Origin: Pavona decussata
Taxonomy: Eukaryota
Length of the DNA stretch: 64,000 nt
Direction: 5' to 3'
Assembly (NCBI GenBank): GCA_977016875.1
Contig: CDRNST010000090.1
Location: 62,001-126,000 of the forward strand
Below the pieces are notes generated by a model. That model was not told the DNA's origin, made no database searches, and worked only from the letters and a program-made list of their open reading frames with translations. The position numbers and the translations under genes were made by a program. Within the stretch, counting starts at the first letter, position 1; each line of letters starts with the position of its first letter. This document shows, in pieces, positions 37,261 through 50,300 of the stretch.

Positions 37261-38083
37261 CAAAGAACCTCTCTCTCAAACTGTGTGGTGTACTGTGCAG
37301 GGTCTCAAAGGGAGGTTTCCCTAGTGCCCTGGATTTTTTTGTTGTGGATCCCGGAGCGGGATCATTTCTCGGCCTGGAGGCCTGATCGTTTCTAGCTGTG
37401 GAGCTCAGAGCCCAAATATTTAAATCCTCGATGCTTTTGTTTGCTGACTGCTAGTAAATTGAATCTAGAGAGGAGAAAGTGCAACAAGTAGAAACATCCA
37501 GTCTTTTTGCCATTTGTCTGGTGTGTAACGTAATTATTGCACTCTGATCGTGTTTTTTAATCCAAACGCTTGCCCAGACTCTCGCGCTGGATTAAAGCAT
37601 CAGCTACATATTGCACTCCTTGATTTTCAAATTATGTTAAAACATACAGGACGCTTTCGATATTGCCAATCACAGTTGTGTGTAGAACGAGTGTCGTATA
37701 TTGACCTATTATGGCCTACAGGTAGCTCACGCCGAGTTCTCCCTGTAGCTTAGTGCTTAGGTTGGACTCCCGTCTGGGACTGTAATGTTTGTTTATTGTC
37801 CAACGCTTGCGACAAACTGAATAACATCTTTCATGTCATCATCTCTTATGCGCTATCTCTTATGTTCCTATCAACAGTTACTTTCCGTGTCTCTGTCAAC
37901 CAGGGCCAATGATATTTCGGTGAAAGACAGATAACACATTAAATAAAAACAAATCCTGTTGACTTTCGGGTTGGAATTTCTTGTGAACCACTCTTCATTT
38001 CGTCTTCTTTTCGTGCGATTAGTACTCTTTTTGTCGGTGTTGTGCTGTCACCTTGACGATTGCTGCTGCACCTTTTCGTTGGG

Positions 38084-39270
38084 AAGTATCCGAACTAGTA
38101 ATTGGAAGATCTTAGGTTTGACTCCTGATAGGAGCAATCGGATTTCCTTGTTCTGAGTATGCCTGTGTCACTGAAATTACACCCCAGTGGACAATACACC
38201 CCTGCAAGCAAATCCAACAGATTAATGGGCTTAGCTCCCACGAGTCTCCTCTAGTTCAGTGGTAGAGCATCCAAGCTAGTAATCGGAAGATCTTAGGTTC
38301 GGCTCCTGATAGAAGCAATCAGATTTCCTTTCTCCGAGTATGCCTGTGTCACTTTCTAGAATAATACATAAGACATCAGACAACAGACGTAAGGTAAACA
38401 ACCAAATCAGGTAATTTCATGCAGCGAAAAACCCAGTGACTTTAGCATTTCAGGGGGCGAAAGAGATTTTAGAATTTTGAAGAGAGTTAATTTCATTTCG
38501 TTCATTGTTTGTTTGAATTTGGATGAGGCCAAACTGAAGAAGCCTTTCAAGGTCAGAGAAATGGAGAGGGATGACTTTAAAAGATTGATTTTTTTGTACA
38601 CAGCGGCATTTGTGACTTGTGGCTAACAGACCAGGAAAAAAACCGATGATAATACACCCAAGCAAGCAAATCCAACAGATTAATGGCCGTAGCTCCTACG
38701 AGTCTCCTGTAGTTTAGTGGTAGAGCATCCAAACTAGTAATCGGAAGACATTAGGTTCGACTCCTGATAGGAGCAATCAGATTTCCTTTTTCCGAGTATG
38801 CCTGTGTCACTTTATAGAATAATACATCAGACATCAGACAACTGACGTCAGGTAATTTCAGGCAATGAAAATCCCAGTGACTTTAGCATTTCAAGGGGCG
38901 GAAGAGATTTTAGAATTTTGAAGAGAATTAATTTCGTTCATCATTTGTTTGAATTGGGATGAGGCGAAACTGAAGAAGCCTTTCAAGGTCAGAGAAATGG
39001 AGAGGGATGACTATAAAATATTGATTTTTTTTTTACATGGCCGTGTTTGTGAGTTGTGGTTAACAGACCATGAAAAACCCGATGACAATACACCCCAGCA
39101 AGCAAATACAACAGATTAATGGCCTTAGCTCCCACGAGTCTCCTATAGTTCAGTGGTAGAGCATTCAAACTAGTAATCAGAAGATCTTAGGTTCGACTCC
39201 TGATAGGAGCACTCGGATTTCGTTTTACCGAGTATGCCTGTGTCATTTTAAATAATACATCATTCTCAGA
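38084..39270 (+). repeat. Tandem array (periods about 458 and 436 bp) containing four tRNA-Thr(AGT)-like sequences
   Basis: tRNA-like copies at about 38084-38137 (partial), 38244-38317, 38702-38775 and 39138-39211, with tagttcagtggtagagc, anticodon loop ctAGTaa and ggttcgactcc. Stems are imperfect. Confidence 0.8.
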
Positions 39271-39319
39271 TAGAAAATGCTCGCAAATAATTTCTCCAAG
39301 AAACCCAAAGAATGTAAGA

Positions 39320-42300
39320 TTAGAGAAGAAATAGAAATATTTAAGGTACCTCTTCTTCAGGACCTTCTTTCTCCACCAGTTCAAGGTAGAAGAACTTCTG
39401 GGGAGCCATCTTCTTCAAGTCTTGGGATGGGCACATCGTAGAGAGCTGGGGGGTACTGTTTGTCTTCCTCCTTGATAACAAGGTCCACTTTTGTCCACAG
39501 CTCCTGGCGGCTGAATGTTGACCAGAACCAGACCTGGTGAGGATGATGGACAAGCCTGTGGGTCCCTGATGCCGTTGTCTCCTCTCCCCAACCAACATTA
39601 AACCACTGGTTCTCGGAGACGCACAGGCTGTCCGGCGGCGTCTTTGGGCTTTAGTCGATACTTTGATTCCAGGTACTCTTTCCAGTCTTCAAAGTCGTCC
39701 CTCTCCTTTTTCTAACAGCGAAAGGATTTTTGAGGTTGGTCTCTTTTATGACCCTGGACCAATCCTCTGGCAAATAGACCACAGTTTTGCTTTTCCGCTT
39801 TTCGATCTTGGCAAAATCGGTGTCGTTTTCAAGGAAAGTGTGGCCCCTGACCAGAAACTTGTGGTCCAGGTTCTCATAAATGCCGCGCAGATGCCAGTTT
39901 CGGGCCAGATGTTCATGATTCCTTTGTTGGCTACACAGTCGTGGATCCCTGCCAGCTGTGGATGGTTGCCTTCTTGTCGTCTGTCTTGGGCTAGAAACCC
40001 TCTTCCGCCTTCTTCTGATGCTCTTCGTTTTGTTTCTCCAGGACACGCCTTTCCTCTGGACTTGTTGCCACTTTGATTGCAATTGCCAACTCGTCACACC
40101 TTGCGCATGTGTCAGTTCGAGGACGTCCAAACCCCAGGTTGAATTCTTCGTTGAAGATTTTGTGGTACAGGAAGGAACTGACCTGGGATTTGGACGTTGC
40201 CGTGCCAGGTGTCACATTCTGTTGTCTGTACCTGGAAAACATGATTATTTAGTGGCATGTAGAACATTGTAAATCCATGATGCTTAATTTTATACTGGTA
40301 TGCGAAAATCGTGGCCAAATGTTAGCAAATTAATATAACCTTCATTTGAAAACTTATGAAGTCATTGAAGTAACTTTGAAATACTCATGTAGCAAAAATA
40401 ACCAAAAACAGCAGGTCTATCTATGTCTTTTGGTTTAAAATATCACTGAATAAGTGTGCATCAAAGAGATGAAAAAAAAAAAACTGATTGCAGCTGATTT
40501 TTATTCGCACACTAAACAGGTTTTACTGGAGGCTAAATTTACGATTATTTATTTCGCCACCCCATCATTGGAACTTATATACCCTGTCAAAATCATTGCA
40601 CTGTTTAAGTGATATTTACCTCAGTGCTGGTTTTTTTTTTCCCACACATCCGGCTCGTTTTTCTCTAGGTAAAGCTGGTACATGCGTTTGACGGACGGGT
40701 CCTCCTTCAGTTGTATTGAGGAGAAAATTTTGCATAGATTAGTACAACAGGTTAAAAAACACAGTGAAATTTATGTTAAGAGAAGTTGAAGGTCTTCTTA
40801 CAATTTTACTTAGTGCTCAGAAAAGCACAAAAGGTAACGACAGTAATACAATAGGGTACACCTGAATAAATTGTCAATGTCAAGTCTTCAAGCTATTTTA
40901 AAGATACAGGCCTTTTCATATACATCATTAGAGCCCTCCCTTCTTAAGCAAACGTCAACAAGGCGTAAAATTTTGGCTGTCATACGACAAGGGTAATATT
41001 GTTTCTATTAAGTCTCACGCTTCAATTAGCTAAATTGTATAATTTACCTTCCTACGACCAACCTCACGGCTCGCTTTGCTTGCCTATAATCCTTTCGAGG
41101 CTGACCTAACAGAAAGCTTGCAACTTATTGAAAACGACTTAGCAACAGCCTATGTGCACTCTAACATAACGCCCCTTTGGAACCCTTAAAATTCGTATAC
41201 CTACCGTTTACTTTCATTGTCTTTTCGGGAGTAATGCGACTCCTGCTTGGGGAAGCTGTTGATGTGATCTCTGACCTAAAATAAAATGCAACCACAACAC
41301 AAAATCTACTAGCGTATTCTGATTTTAGTTTTTAACATTGCGGTTATTCAGTTAGGCTCATCTCGTTGATAGTACTGTACAATCACTTGTCATTTAGTGA
41401 AAAGATTGTTCATATTTTTCTTGTTCCATCTTCCTTGCCTTGTTTAATCAAAATGTCTTTCACTTTCAAGTTCTTTGCCACTCAGTACGTTGTATATTGG
41501 GGATATTCTATGGAAAGGGTTTTCAGTAAAAAATTTCTTGTAATGGAAATCGATATGGCAGAGAAAGTTAAGATAGTCTTTCTGACCTTGCATGCCTTAA
41601 AAATTAAAGAAGGAATGTACTCTTGAAGGTCGAAACTTACCTTTTGCTTAAATTCATCAGGAATCTGATGTGGCATGTTTGAGTGTATCCCTCTGCCATC
41701 GTTGGGATTTTCCTTTTCCCGCAGCACCCTCACCTTCTTTTCCCCAATTCCATGTATGGACAACAACGCCCGCATACACACCTAAATGGCGAATATTAGA
41801 GAGAAGTCAGCTATCTTAAAGAGTTTCTTTTCTCCACCCCTCTGTTTTAGTAATAAATCAACGACAACAAAATTTTGCTACCCTTATTCCCCCTCCCCCA
41901 CAACCCTTGCAACAAGAGTCACCCGTGTTAATACAGTCTAACCTCAATGATCTGGACTCGTTGGAACTTGAGTAAAAAGTCTGGATAATGGAGAGTCTGG
42001 TTGATCGAAAATATGAATATTATTACTATCAGAGAATTTCAGGATGTTGTCCTCGTTTTGCTTATATTCGAGATCTGCTGCTTGCAGATTCCAAACTCAG
42101 TGCTGAATCTGTTCCTTTTTGGCCTTTTGTAAACGTGAAATAATATTGTTTGCTTTATCGAGAAAGCAGGCAGCTAGACATGGCTTTACGATCGATTGTT
42201 CGCGTGTTTACATAGCCCACTTGAAATTAACTAATCATGGGTAACATTCCCTGAGCAACATAACAATAGAGCCGATCAGAATTCAGCTGAATGCATCAGA

Positions 42301-42992
42301 ATACATTTTCTCGTGCCCCTTGCCCATTTTATAGCAAAACAGATAAAAACGCAGAGTATTAAAACACATGTGGATGGATTAATGAACTTTTTCAAGATCA
42401 CATCTTATTAAATTTTCAAGAAAAAAAATGGCACTGGATAATCGAGGTTTGACAGTAAACTTAACTGATGGCAGAGCTGAGACCAGAGTACAGGGCAGTT
42501 TTGCCGACAATCATCTGTTACTTGTTTTTTTGTAAGCCATTATAAGAACGCTGTGTCAATTTATAAATCGTGACACTAACAAAAACATCACTCCCCCCCC
42601 CCCCCCCCAAAAAAAAAAAAAGCTCTTTGACTTAGTGTCACTTCCGTGATCAGCTTGGTCTACTCTTGAAAACCCCTATAAATCTGGTCGCCCTCCTCCG
42701 TGCTGTCCATAGCTCCACTTAACTTGGAGTGAATCTAATGATTATATTTATATGAAGGTAGGCTCAAAAACATACCTGAATTCTCTCTAATTTTCTGTTA
42801 GTGCCAAAATAGCTGTACTGGGACTTTCTTTTCTTCTCCACTCCTTCTTTGTCTACTCCATGCACTCCCTGTGCTCCACGCCGCTGTACAGTATTTGCCA
42901 CAATAAGCCCCCTCAGAAACGCATTCTGGATGCTGGTGCTTCCCATGGAATTATAAGAACTCAATTATCGCTCTCTTTGAACACGGTCTACC
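39320..42992 (-). pseudogene. Sola1-type DDD transposase, multi-exon, degraded
   Basis: Exons about 42992-42776 (QNAFLRGLI), 41782-41641 (VCMRALLSIHGIG..DGRGIHSN), 41275-41205 (HINSFPKQESHYSR) and 40233-39320 (IFNEEFNLGFGRPRTDTCARCD; HKFLVRGHTFLENDTDFAKIEK; YLPEDW). Internal deletion and frameshifts. Confidence 0.8.
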
Positions 42993-45334
42993 TGTAAGAA
43001 ATGTAGTAAATTGTAAACGCAAATTTTTATTTTCTCCTTCGTTGATGGCTGTAGCTGGAATCAGACGATTGTGATTTTTGACAAGAATATAACTAAACAA
43101 AGCAAAGGAATATTGTTATTCAAATAGGAATACAGCGACTTTTTGTTACGTGACTGGCAATCTTACTTAAATAGAAAACACCAAACTCATCGGCTTGTTA
43201 AGAAGACAGAAAACGAACTGGCCTTCGCGCGGATAGAGCATGCGCACGCATAGACACAATTGAATTATTGTAAGCATTTAGAGTTTCGTAAGTAAGCTAC
43301 GCGTACTATAGTCGCGTGCGCGAGATTGTTTTTGGTTGAGACAGTTTTTTGGTAAAGGTTTGGGCCAACCGCGTAACCATTTTTGAGGGGGTTTTTGGGC
43401 CGATTACCGTGCCTTTTTTAGAAGAGTTTTTGGCAACAGCTTGCAAACAACAGATAAACCAAAAAATCCTTTTTTCAGTAAAGTAAGAAAAAGAGTTTTT
43501 TTTCCCCTATTTTTTCTAATATTGTCTTCAGCAAAGACTAACCAATCAGAAGGTACACATGCAGTGTCTTAATATATTTATGTCTTAGGGGTGCCTAGAA
43601 AGGAAGGCTTTTTCGTTCGCACAAAAGATCAAACTTCCATAAAAAGATATCCGTGTCAGACGAGGAACTTTTCATAAGCCGATTTTAATTCGAATTTTGC
43701 CCAACCAAGCAAGTGAGTGCTGACACTGACACAGGTGCCAAATGAGTGAGTGACGAAAGAAATTATTTCGTCGTCAAAATTTGGCTTTGCTCAGGTTTCA
43801 GAAAATTTCGTTCCTCTATAACTCTTCCCGGTAGAATTAGTTGTCCATAGAAAAAAAATTGAGCTAACATTAGAAAAGACTTGAAGGAAACCTGAGTGCT
43901 TAAATTTGGTTTGAAAACTGTGAATGTATGTTAAGTTTGAGTGCCCTAAATAACACCTCTCTGAATATTTTATGGTTAACACAGCAGATTACCGAACTAC
44001 TTACTATAATAATTGCGTTGTCGATGGAATAAGAATTCCTTTGAGGCAAAATTTAGAATCTATGAAAAAAGTTTTAAAATCTAATTTATATAGTCGAATG
44101 CTAATCTATTGTGAAAGCTGAATTTTTATGACGCGTTACTGTAGTAACAATCGGCAATTAGATTTCTTAATTTTTTGGCGCACCATATTGCTCGCAAAGT
44201 TCTCAGTTTAAGCATTAACTGAAGGAAAACTAAACTCTCTGAACTCTTGAAATTTTCCTAATGTTTTGCGTGTTACTGTATGCCTAAAGCTTCCCTTTTG
44301 CTTGGTATTTTCACGTGAATAGCCCGATTTCTTTCGCAACCGTGACATGGTACAAAATATCGTTTTTCCTTGAAAAGTATTCCCGAGACGAACATTAAAT
44401 TACCACCCTCTGCGTAGATGACCTAATCTTCTAAAGAGAATGATTAAAACTTAAGTTCTTGGAATATAAAGTAAAAAAACATGAATTATAAGATCGATTA
44501 CTTTTTAAACGTCAACTGCGCAAGTTACAAAATATTTACGCTGCTTACGACAGCTTTTGTTTGTTCTTGTTTGAAAATAACCAATCGCACTAAATAGATG
44601 CCCAAAAAAATGGGTTCTTAAAGCTTTTCTTTTCGTCTTTATAATCACAAAACAACAAAACGAAATCGCAGGTGAAATCGGCACATACCCATTAGCGTCT
44701 TTTTTTTCTTCATCCTTTCCCAAATCCATAACATCAAAATTTTGTTCTGAAACCTCTTAACTAGTGCTATCGGAGCCGCTAAGGATACAAGTTGCATTGA
44801 TAGCTAAAGAAACAAAATATTTATGCCGTAAATATTGGAACAGCTGGCATTTCCAGTAAAAGATTCAGCGCGCAATGGAAACCGTAAGTTCAGCTAAATT
44901 CACCTTGCAAGACAGTTTCGTTGATTCAAAGCTGCAATCGTGATTGAGCAAAACGTCACCAGCGATCTTATTACGGCTCAATAATGTTTGTTTTCTTTTT
45001 TAAGAGCGACCTGTTATCAACAATAGCTATGTAGTTCCCGAGATATTTATCAAAAGTTCGGTTATCGAACCCAATCGAACATAGTTTGTTGGATTGTCGA
45101 ACCTAGTCGAACATAATAACACAGACGAACTTACAATAAAGTTTTGCCAATCAGTGTTGCCGACATAGCCGACCTATGTCGAATTTTAGGCCGTTTTCGA
45201 TTTTGCTCAGATTTTTCAGAATATTTGTATGTGAACTGCAATTCGATTGAAAAACATTGTCCGGTATTTTTTTCGCCGATTTGTGTTTCGTATTTGAGAA
45301 ATGACATATGCAACAAAATGCATAAGCTGCACAC

Positions 45335-45480
45335 TTTTTAAAGAGAGTACAGTGTTTGATTATTTTAAAGACATTTGCTAACTTATTCCAAATCTGTGCT
45401 CCCCTAAACTTCAATGAAACTGAATTTCCCACAATTTGGCCTTGTACTGAATCAATATGTATATTGGAGGCTGACATGGT
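45335..45480 (-). mobile_element. Short LINE ORF2 C-terminal remnant
   Basis: SLKFRGAQIWNKL......FKK motif. Confidence 0.55.
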
Positions 45481-46449
45481 ATCCTGACTACGTATATGTT
45501 CATACATGTATATCTTATTTATTAAGATAGGTTGACAGATTTGCATTGAAGTGTGAGTACATACATACTTTCAAGTTACTGTTTGAGTGCTTACAATGAA
45601 TTTTTGTCACAGTAATCGCATTTATACATTTTTCAAGTTTACTTAGTCATTAAAGTTTATTATTTTGCTGCATACAGTGTGTGCTTTAATTATGCGGTGG
45701 CCGCATTCACAGGCTAACCTCAAATGTGCCGCATCTTGCATCCTGTTCAAAGATCTCTACTCTAACAGTGGCGAAGTTTATAGTCTTGGATGATGTAAAC
45801 CGTTATCGTTCTCCGACAATGCAAGATATGTTTTGATTTCTGGTAACTTGGGTAATTCTTGCTAGTTTTTTACCTATATGTACATTAGCGCAATCTTTCG
45901 TAGGATGTGCTAGAGCGCAAATTGCCAGCAAAGAATGGATTTTACTTCTGCATATCTGCCAATAAAGGATGGTAATACATGTCTTTAAAATCAGCGCTGT
46001 ATTGCAATTGGCCCAAGAGATCTTTTAAGCAAATCAGAAAGTGCAGGATAGAGGAAATGTGTGAACTAACATTCGGGCGTTTCTGTCCATTCAAGAAAAG
46101 CAGGAAATCTTGCAGCCACAAAATAAAAAATATATATTAAAAATAAGTAAGCGTAAGAAATATACAAAAAAGGGATGATAGTAAATCATTTCCAGTACAA
46201 CCCCACCCCCCCTCCAAATAAAAAATCCGAACGAAAATGTCAGGCAATGACTATATGCAAAACTGCATAAAATAATGACTCAAATTTCTGCAAGGCTGAT
46301 CAGACTGCATAGAAAATTTAACAGGACAGCAATGTGATAGAGACCAAACCAATGAAGCATGATGAAACGTGAACTCAATTAAAAACCGTGTTTCAGGTGA
46401 ACCAGGTTTTAGAAAATGTTAATAAAATGGTTGAAAATGTAAAATATAT

Positions 46450-47294
46450 TCAATTAGAAATTACAGAGTATATGTGAATGTTCTGGTATTCAACGTTACT
46501 TTTTCGTGGTGGCAGTGGAGGTGGCACACATTCAGGTAGGTTTGGCTGCGAAGATGGTGGACGAGTTAACTGTGTAGGTAATGGCAAAGGTGCTGATGTT
46601 GGTCCAAATGCTGTGGAGTCATGAGTTAATGTGGGGGGAGGCAGGCGTGGACAGAAATAACAGCGTGCGTACAAAAGACAAAGAGGCAAAAGCAAAACCA
46701 AAATTATGAGGCTGAGTGAAAGTCCAAGAATTACATCCAATGACAATGACGACGGTGAAGTTGTTGTTACTATTGTGGTTGTAGTTTTTGCTATTGCTGA
46801 TGCTGGTGGAAAAACTGAAAACTGTGTTTGACGGGATGGCTGTACAGAGGTAGAAGATAGTGGTGACGTTGACACCGAATGAGGCGGCGGCAGTTTCGGT
46901 GATAAGCATAATTCAGGTGGAGATGGTAGATGAGAGCAGTTTAAACATGACTGCCAAAGCAGACGGCTTGAAGAGAACACATGTATGCATAAAGAGTAAA
47001 TGTAAAAACAAAGTTCACGGCAAGGAAGAAGACGATGGCTCCGTGGCTGACAAAATGGAGAGTAGCTTGCACAGAAAATATGTTTGATAGTGTGGAACAG
47101 TTTGAGAGGAATAGTGGCTTGAAGTGGTCAATCAAAGTGGCTGCTTGTACCTGATTTCCTTCATCCAGCATCGTGTAATTATAAAAAGGGCAGAATTCCC
47201 TTAGTGGTGAAGTCACCTTTTCACACTGTCCGCTTGGCAAAGGCAAGAGACACAGGACAGAGATAAACACTACAAGCGCAGGCATTGTTAACAT
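46450..47294 (-). CDS. Intronless type I membrane protein: signal peptide + Frizzled cysteine-rich domain + S/T/P stalk + one TM + Pro/Tyr tail; one 1-bp frameshift
   Basis: Adding one base in the A4 run at 47075-47078 joins ORFs 47294-46941 and 46980-46450 into 281 aa: CEKV...FCPFYNYT...Q..A...FKPL...CS...FFCASYSPFC...LPCRELC...LC..VF...W...LNC..LP....LC, then TM VILGLSLSLIILVLLLPLCLLY. Confidence 0.85.
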
Positions 47295-47329
47295 ACTTAA
47301 AGAATGGCTTTTTAGGGCGTGCGTCTGTG

Positions 47330-47356
47330 TTTATATATGCGTCCCCCACTTCCGGT
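47330..47356 (-). promoter_or_regulatory. TATA box with adjacent ETS-like CCGGAAGTG upstream of the Fz-CRD gene
   Basis: TATATAAA about 36 nt upstream of the ATG at 47294; cacttccgg at about 47347-47355. Confidence 0.5.
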
Positions 47357-50300
47357 AGATTGAAATTTTGCGGAAACACTAAAAGCATTGTTTCTCATGT
47401 AAGTTCTACGTTTGTCATCACCCCAACATTCTTATTTGCTCGCCTGGTTTTGAATTAAAGTTCCGGAGACCACGCACTATTAAGTGACTGAACAACGTAA
47501 CAATAAATAATAATAATAATAATTTTATTAATTTCTATGGTGCAATTGTCAATATCAATTTTCAATTGCACATAAATCAAACCTAAGGAAACAAAATGAG
47601 AAAGTTTAAAATTTTTAAAACTATATTTCCGATCACAAAAGAACCAACAGAAGTGTCTTTAACAAGGTTCTAAATGGAACGTCGAAAGGCCAATCCAAAC
47701 AGGAAATGTTTGGCAATAAAACGTGAAAACATTGTTGAGTGAGCTAAAACTTTTTTTCTATCCATAATTACATTTTGGGTGAGGTCAATTGTGACAAAAC
47801 AGAAAATTGACGCGTGTAAGTCGATCTATAAGTCCATGTGTTATCAAGGGTCGCCAATTTGTGGTTCCTTACTGCTATCATCCTTTGAAACTTAAAAAAA
47901 GGTTTTAGCTTCAGCACCTTAATCCTTTTAGTTTTTTATTTTGATAATCCAACGGGCAACATTCAGTGAAATGGACACAGTGCATTATCACAAAACCCGC
48001 AGATTCCTTAAAGAAATAATTTTTTCTCCACAATGGCTAGCTGAGACACTGAGAAATCTTGCCTTCGAAGGCAAGGTATCTTATTGCTCCGTACGTTCGG
48101 TGATAGTGAGAGGTGGTTTTACTTGCTATGTGAAAAAAGAAGTGTTAAAATTGAATGTTATTAGTTTTCTGTCAGAGAAAGCAAATCTTACGAAATAACA
48201 ACAACAAAGCATGTTCACATAAAAGGTGTTGTTGGCTATGGCTTTTCTTTATTTTGTGGCTCTGAAAAGAGCCATTTGATGCAATGTTTCATTGGGCAGT
48301 TATAACATTTAAATAATTGGTGTTAGCTCTTCATTTGAGTTTAATTTTATTTCCATGAAATTTTGCGCTGAAATAAAAGTGACGTTCCTGGTCAATAACG
48401 TTATTGTAATCTTGACAACTGACACACTGTTTGTTGAAAGGTTTCCACATCAGTGTGACAACAAGAGCCGCTATGCGCTAAGCCTTTTAAATAAACACTT
48501 GTTTCCCTTTCATCGAGAGATGTAGACAAAAAAATCAAAATTTTATCAGGTGTTAACGCACTGAAGTAATTTGTGAAACTTCGCTTAACCGAACCTAACT
48601 GTTCGAAATCCGTTAAGCGCTTCAGAGAAAGCCAATGTCTACATGTCTTTGTAATAGAGTGTGTGCACAACGGCCAATACAATGATTTTCCTTTGGGAAA
48701 TATATTCTATTTTTATGTAAATATCTTCTATTGTTGTAGTCCTCCAACATGGCAGCTGTGCACACACTCTAGCAACGCAAATGCTTTCTGCGTTTAAGTT
48801 ACATAATATTTACACTGTTTTACAGCGGTTTTGTCAACGATAAACCAACGATTCAACAAAAATAAGTTTATGGAGCTAAAAGCTGGTATTTCTGTAAAGC
48901 TAAGCTTAATTGAAAAAAGAGTAGAAGTGACAGAAACGATATTTTTGGTACGTTCAAGTTGATCTGATTTTGGTTCGTTGATTATCATAAAGAACTACTT
49001 CGATGCCTGTAAATAGCCAATGTTTAAATTAATTCACAAATTACAGTTCCGTTTAATACGATCGCAGTACGATCTCTGTTGGATTCAAAACTGCAAGTGC
49101 GACCGCACACTTGTCATGGGTAAGAAAGAGGTCAAAAGGTTGGCAGTTAACACATACTTGAGTCCTCCAGTAAGTGAATTTTATTCAAGTAGGTTCTGTT
49201 ACTGTGTGACGAGTAATAACTTAATATTTGAAATAAATGTGATGGTATATTTACGAACTAAATATTTATTTCGTCCTCATTTGTCTCCCCATATGTTCTA
49301 AGATTTGGCTGAATTGCCGATATCACGTAAAATGTGTGTCACTGGTGGTGACTGATTACAACGCATGCGTAAAAACATGAGAGTCAATGTATCAAAATAA
49401 CAATCCCACAACGATGTCTTGATCTGCCTAGCCGCTAGATAAATACGTAGCTTGCCTAATCTAACAAGTAGGCGCGGTGGTTAGCTTACGGAATATAGTT
49501 GCAGGAAAAGCGCCGGTTCTTGCATCAGCATACTGAAGCAGCCCTGCATGCAAGGTGGCTCACAAGACTACCTCGCACTGTAAGCCTGCGTGTTTTTTTT
49601 TCCATCCTTTCCGAAATCCATAACATCAAAATTTTGTTTTGAAACGGGAAATAGTTGAGCTGTACTGATCAGTAGTTAATAGTTCTCAGTTCGCAAGTGA
49701 TACCCTGATCAGTTAAATCAAAGACAAATATTACGGCACAAGTGAAAGTTTTGAAAATAGCCAATCATTCCAAAGGCATGCAGAAAGAGCTGTACTCTGC
49801 AATGCAAGGCATCAAAATTACAAAACAACAAGACAGAAATAGGCCACACAAGCCAGTTGCGCGAAATGTGTTAATCTGATCGGGCTGTAAGTTGAGTTTA
49901 TTTTGTTTATTAACCGCCTAGATTAGCATTTATCTGGCCTAAATGGACCAGAAAAACGTCACATCAATGCCTGTCGACAACATCCGACCGTTTTATCGAA
50001 AACGTCGAAATTACAAAGAGTGCTACAGAGAAAGCCAATGGTGGGAAGATGAATGCCATAACCTTTCACTTTTTATCACGTGACTAGACAACAATTTCGT
50101 GACAACGTGGAGCTCAAGTTGGTTTTGAAGATTCGGTGAGGTCGGAAGCTAAGTTTTTGCTCTTCTTATTATTATTCAATGCAATCCGAGGGCAAGAATG
50201 ATTTACAATAAAAAAGGTTTACAATAAAAGATTTAAAATAAAGTCTGAAAAAAGTAAGAAAAACTATGGATTGACATTCATACTGCAAAAAAATACTAAA

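Noticed and set aside
38244-39211. Functional tRNA-Thr(AGT) gene cluster
   Set aside because: Acceptor and anticodon stems are mismatched and differ between copies, and the copies sit in larger tandem units; treated as tRNA-derived repeats.
44710-49645. About 40-bp direct repeat (tcctttcc.aaatccataacatcaaaattttgtt) flanking the Fz-CRD region as LTR-like ends
   Set aside because: Too short, with no TG..CA ends or TSD; more likely fragments of a dispersed repeat.
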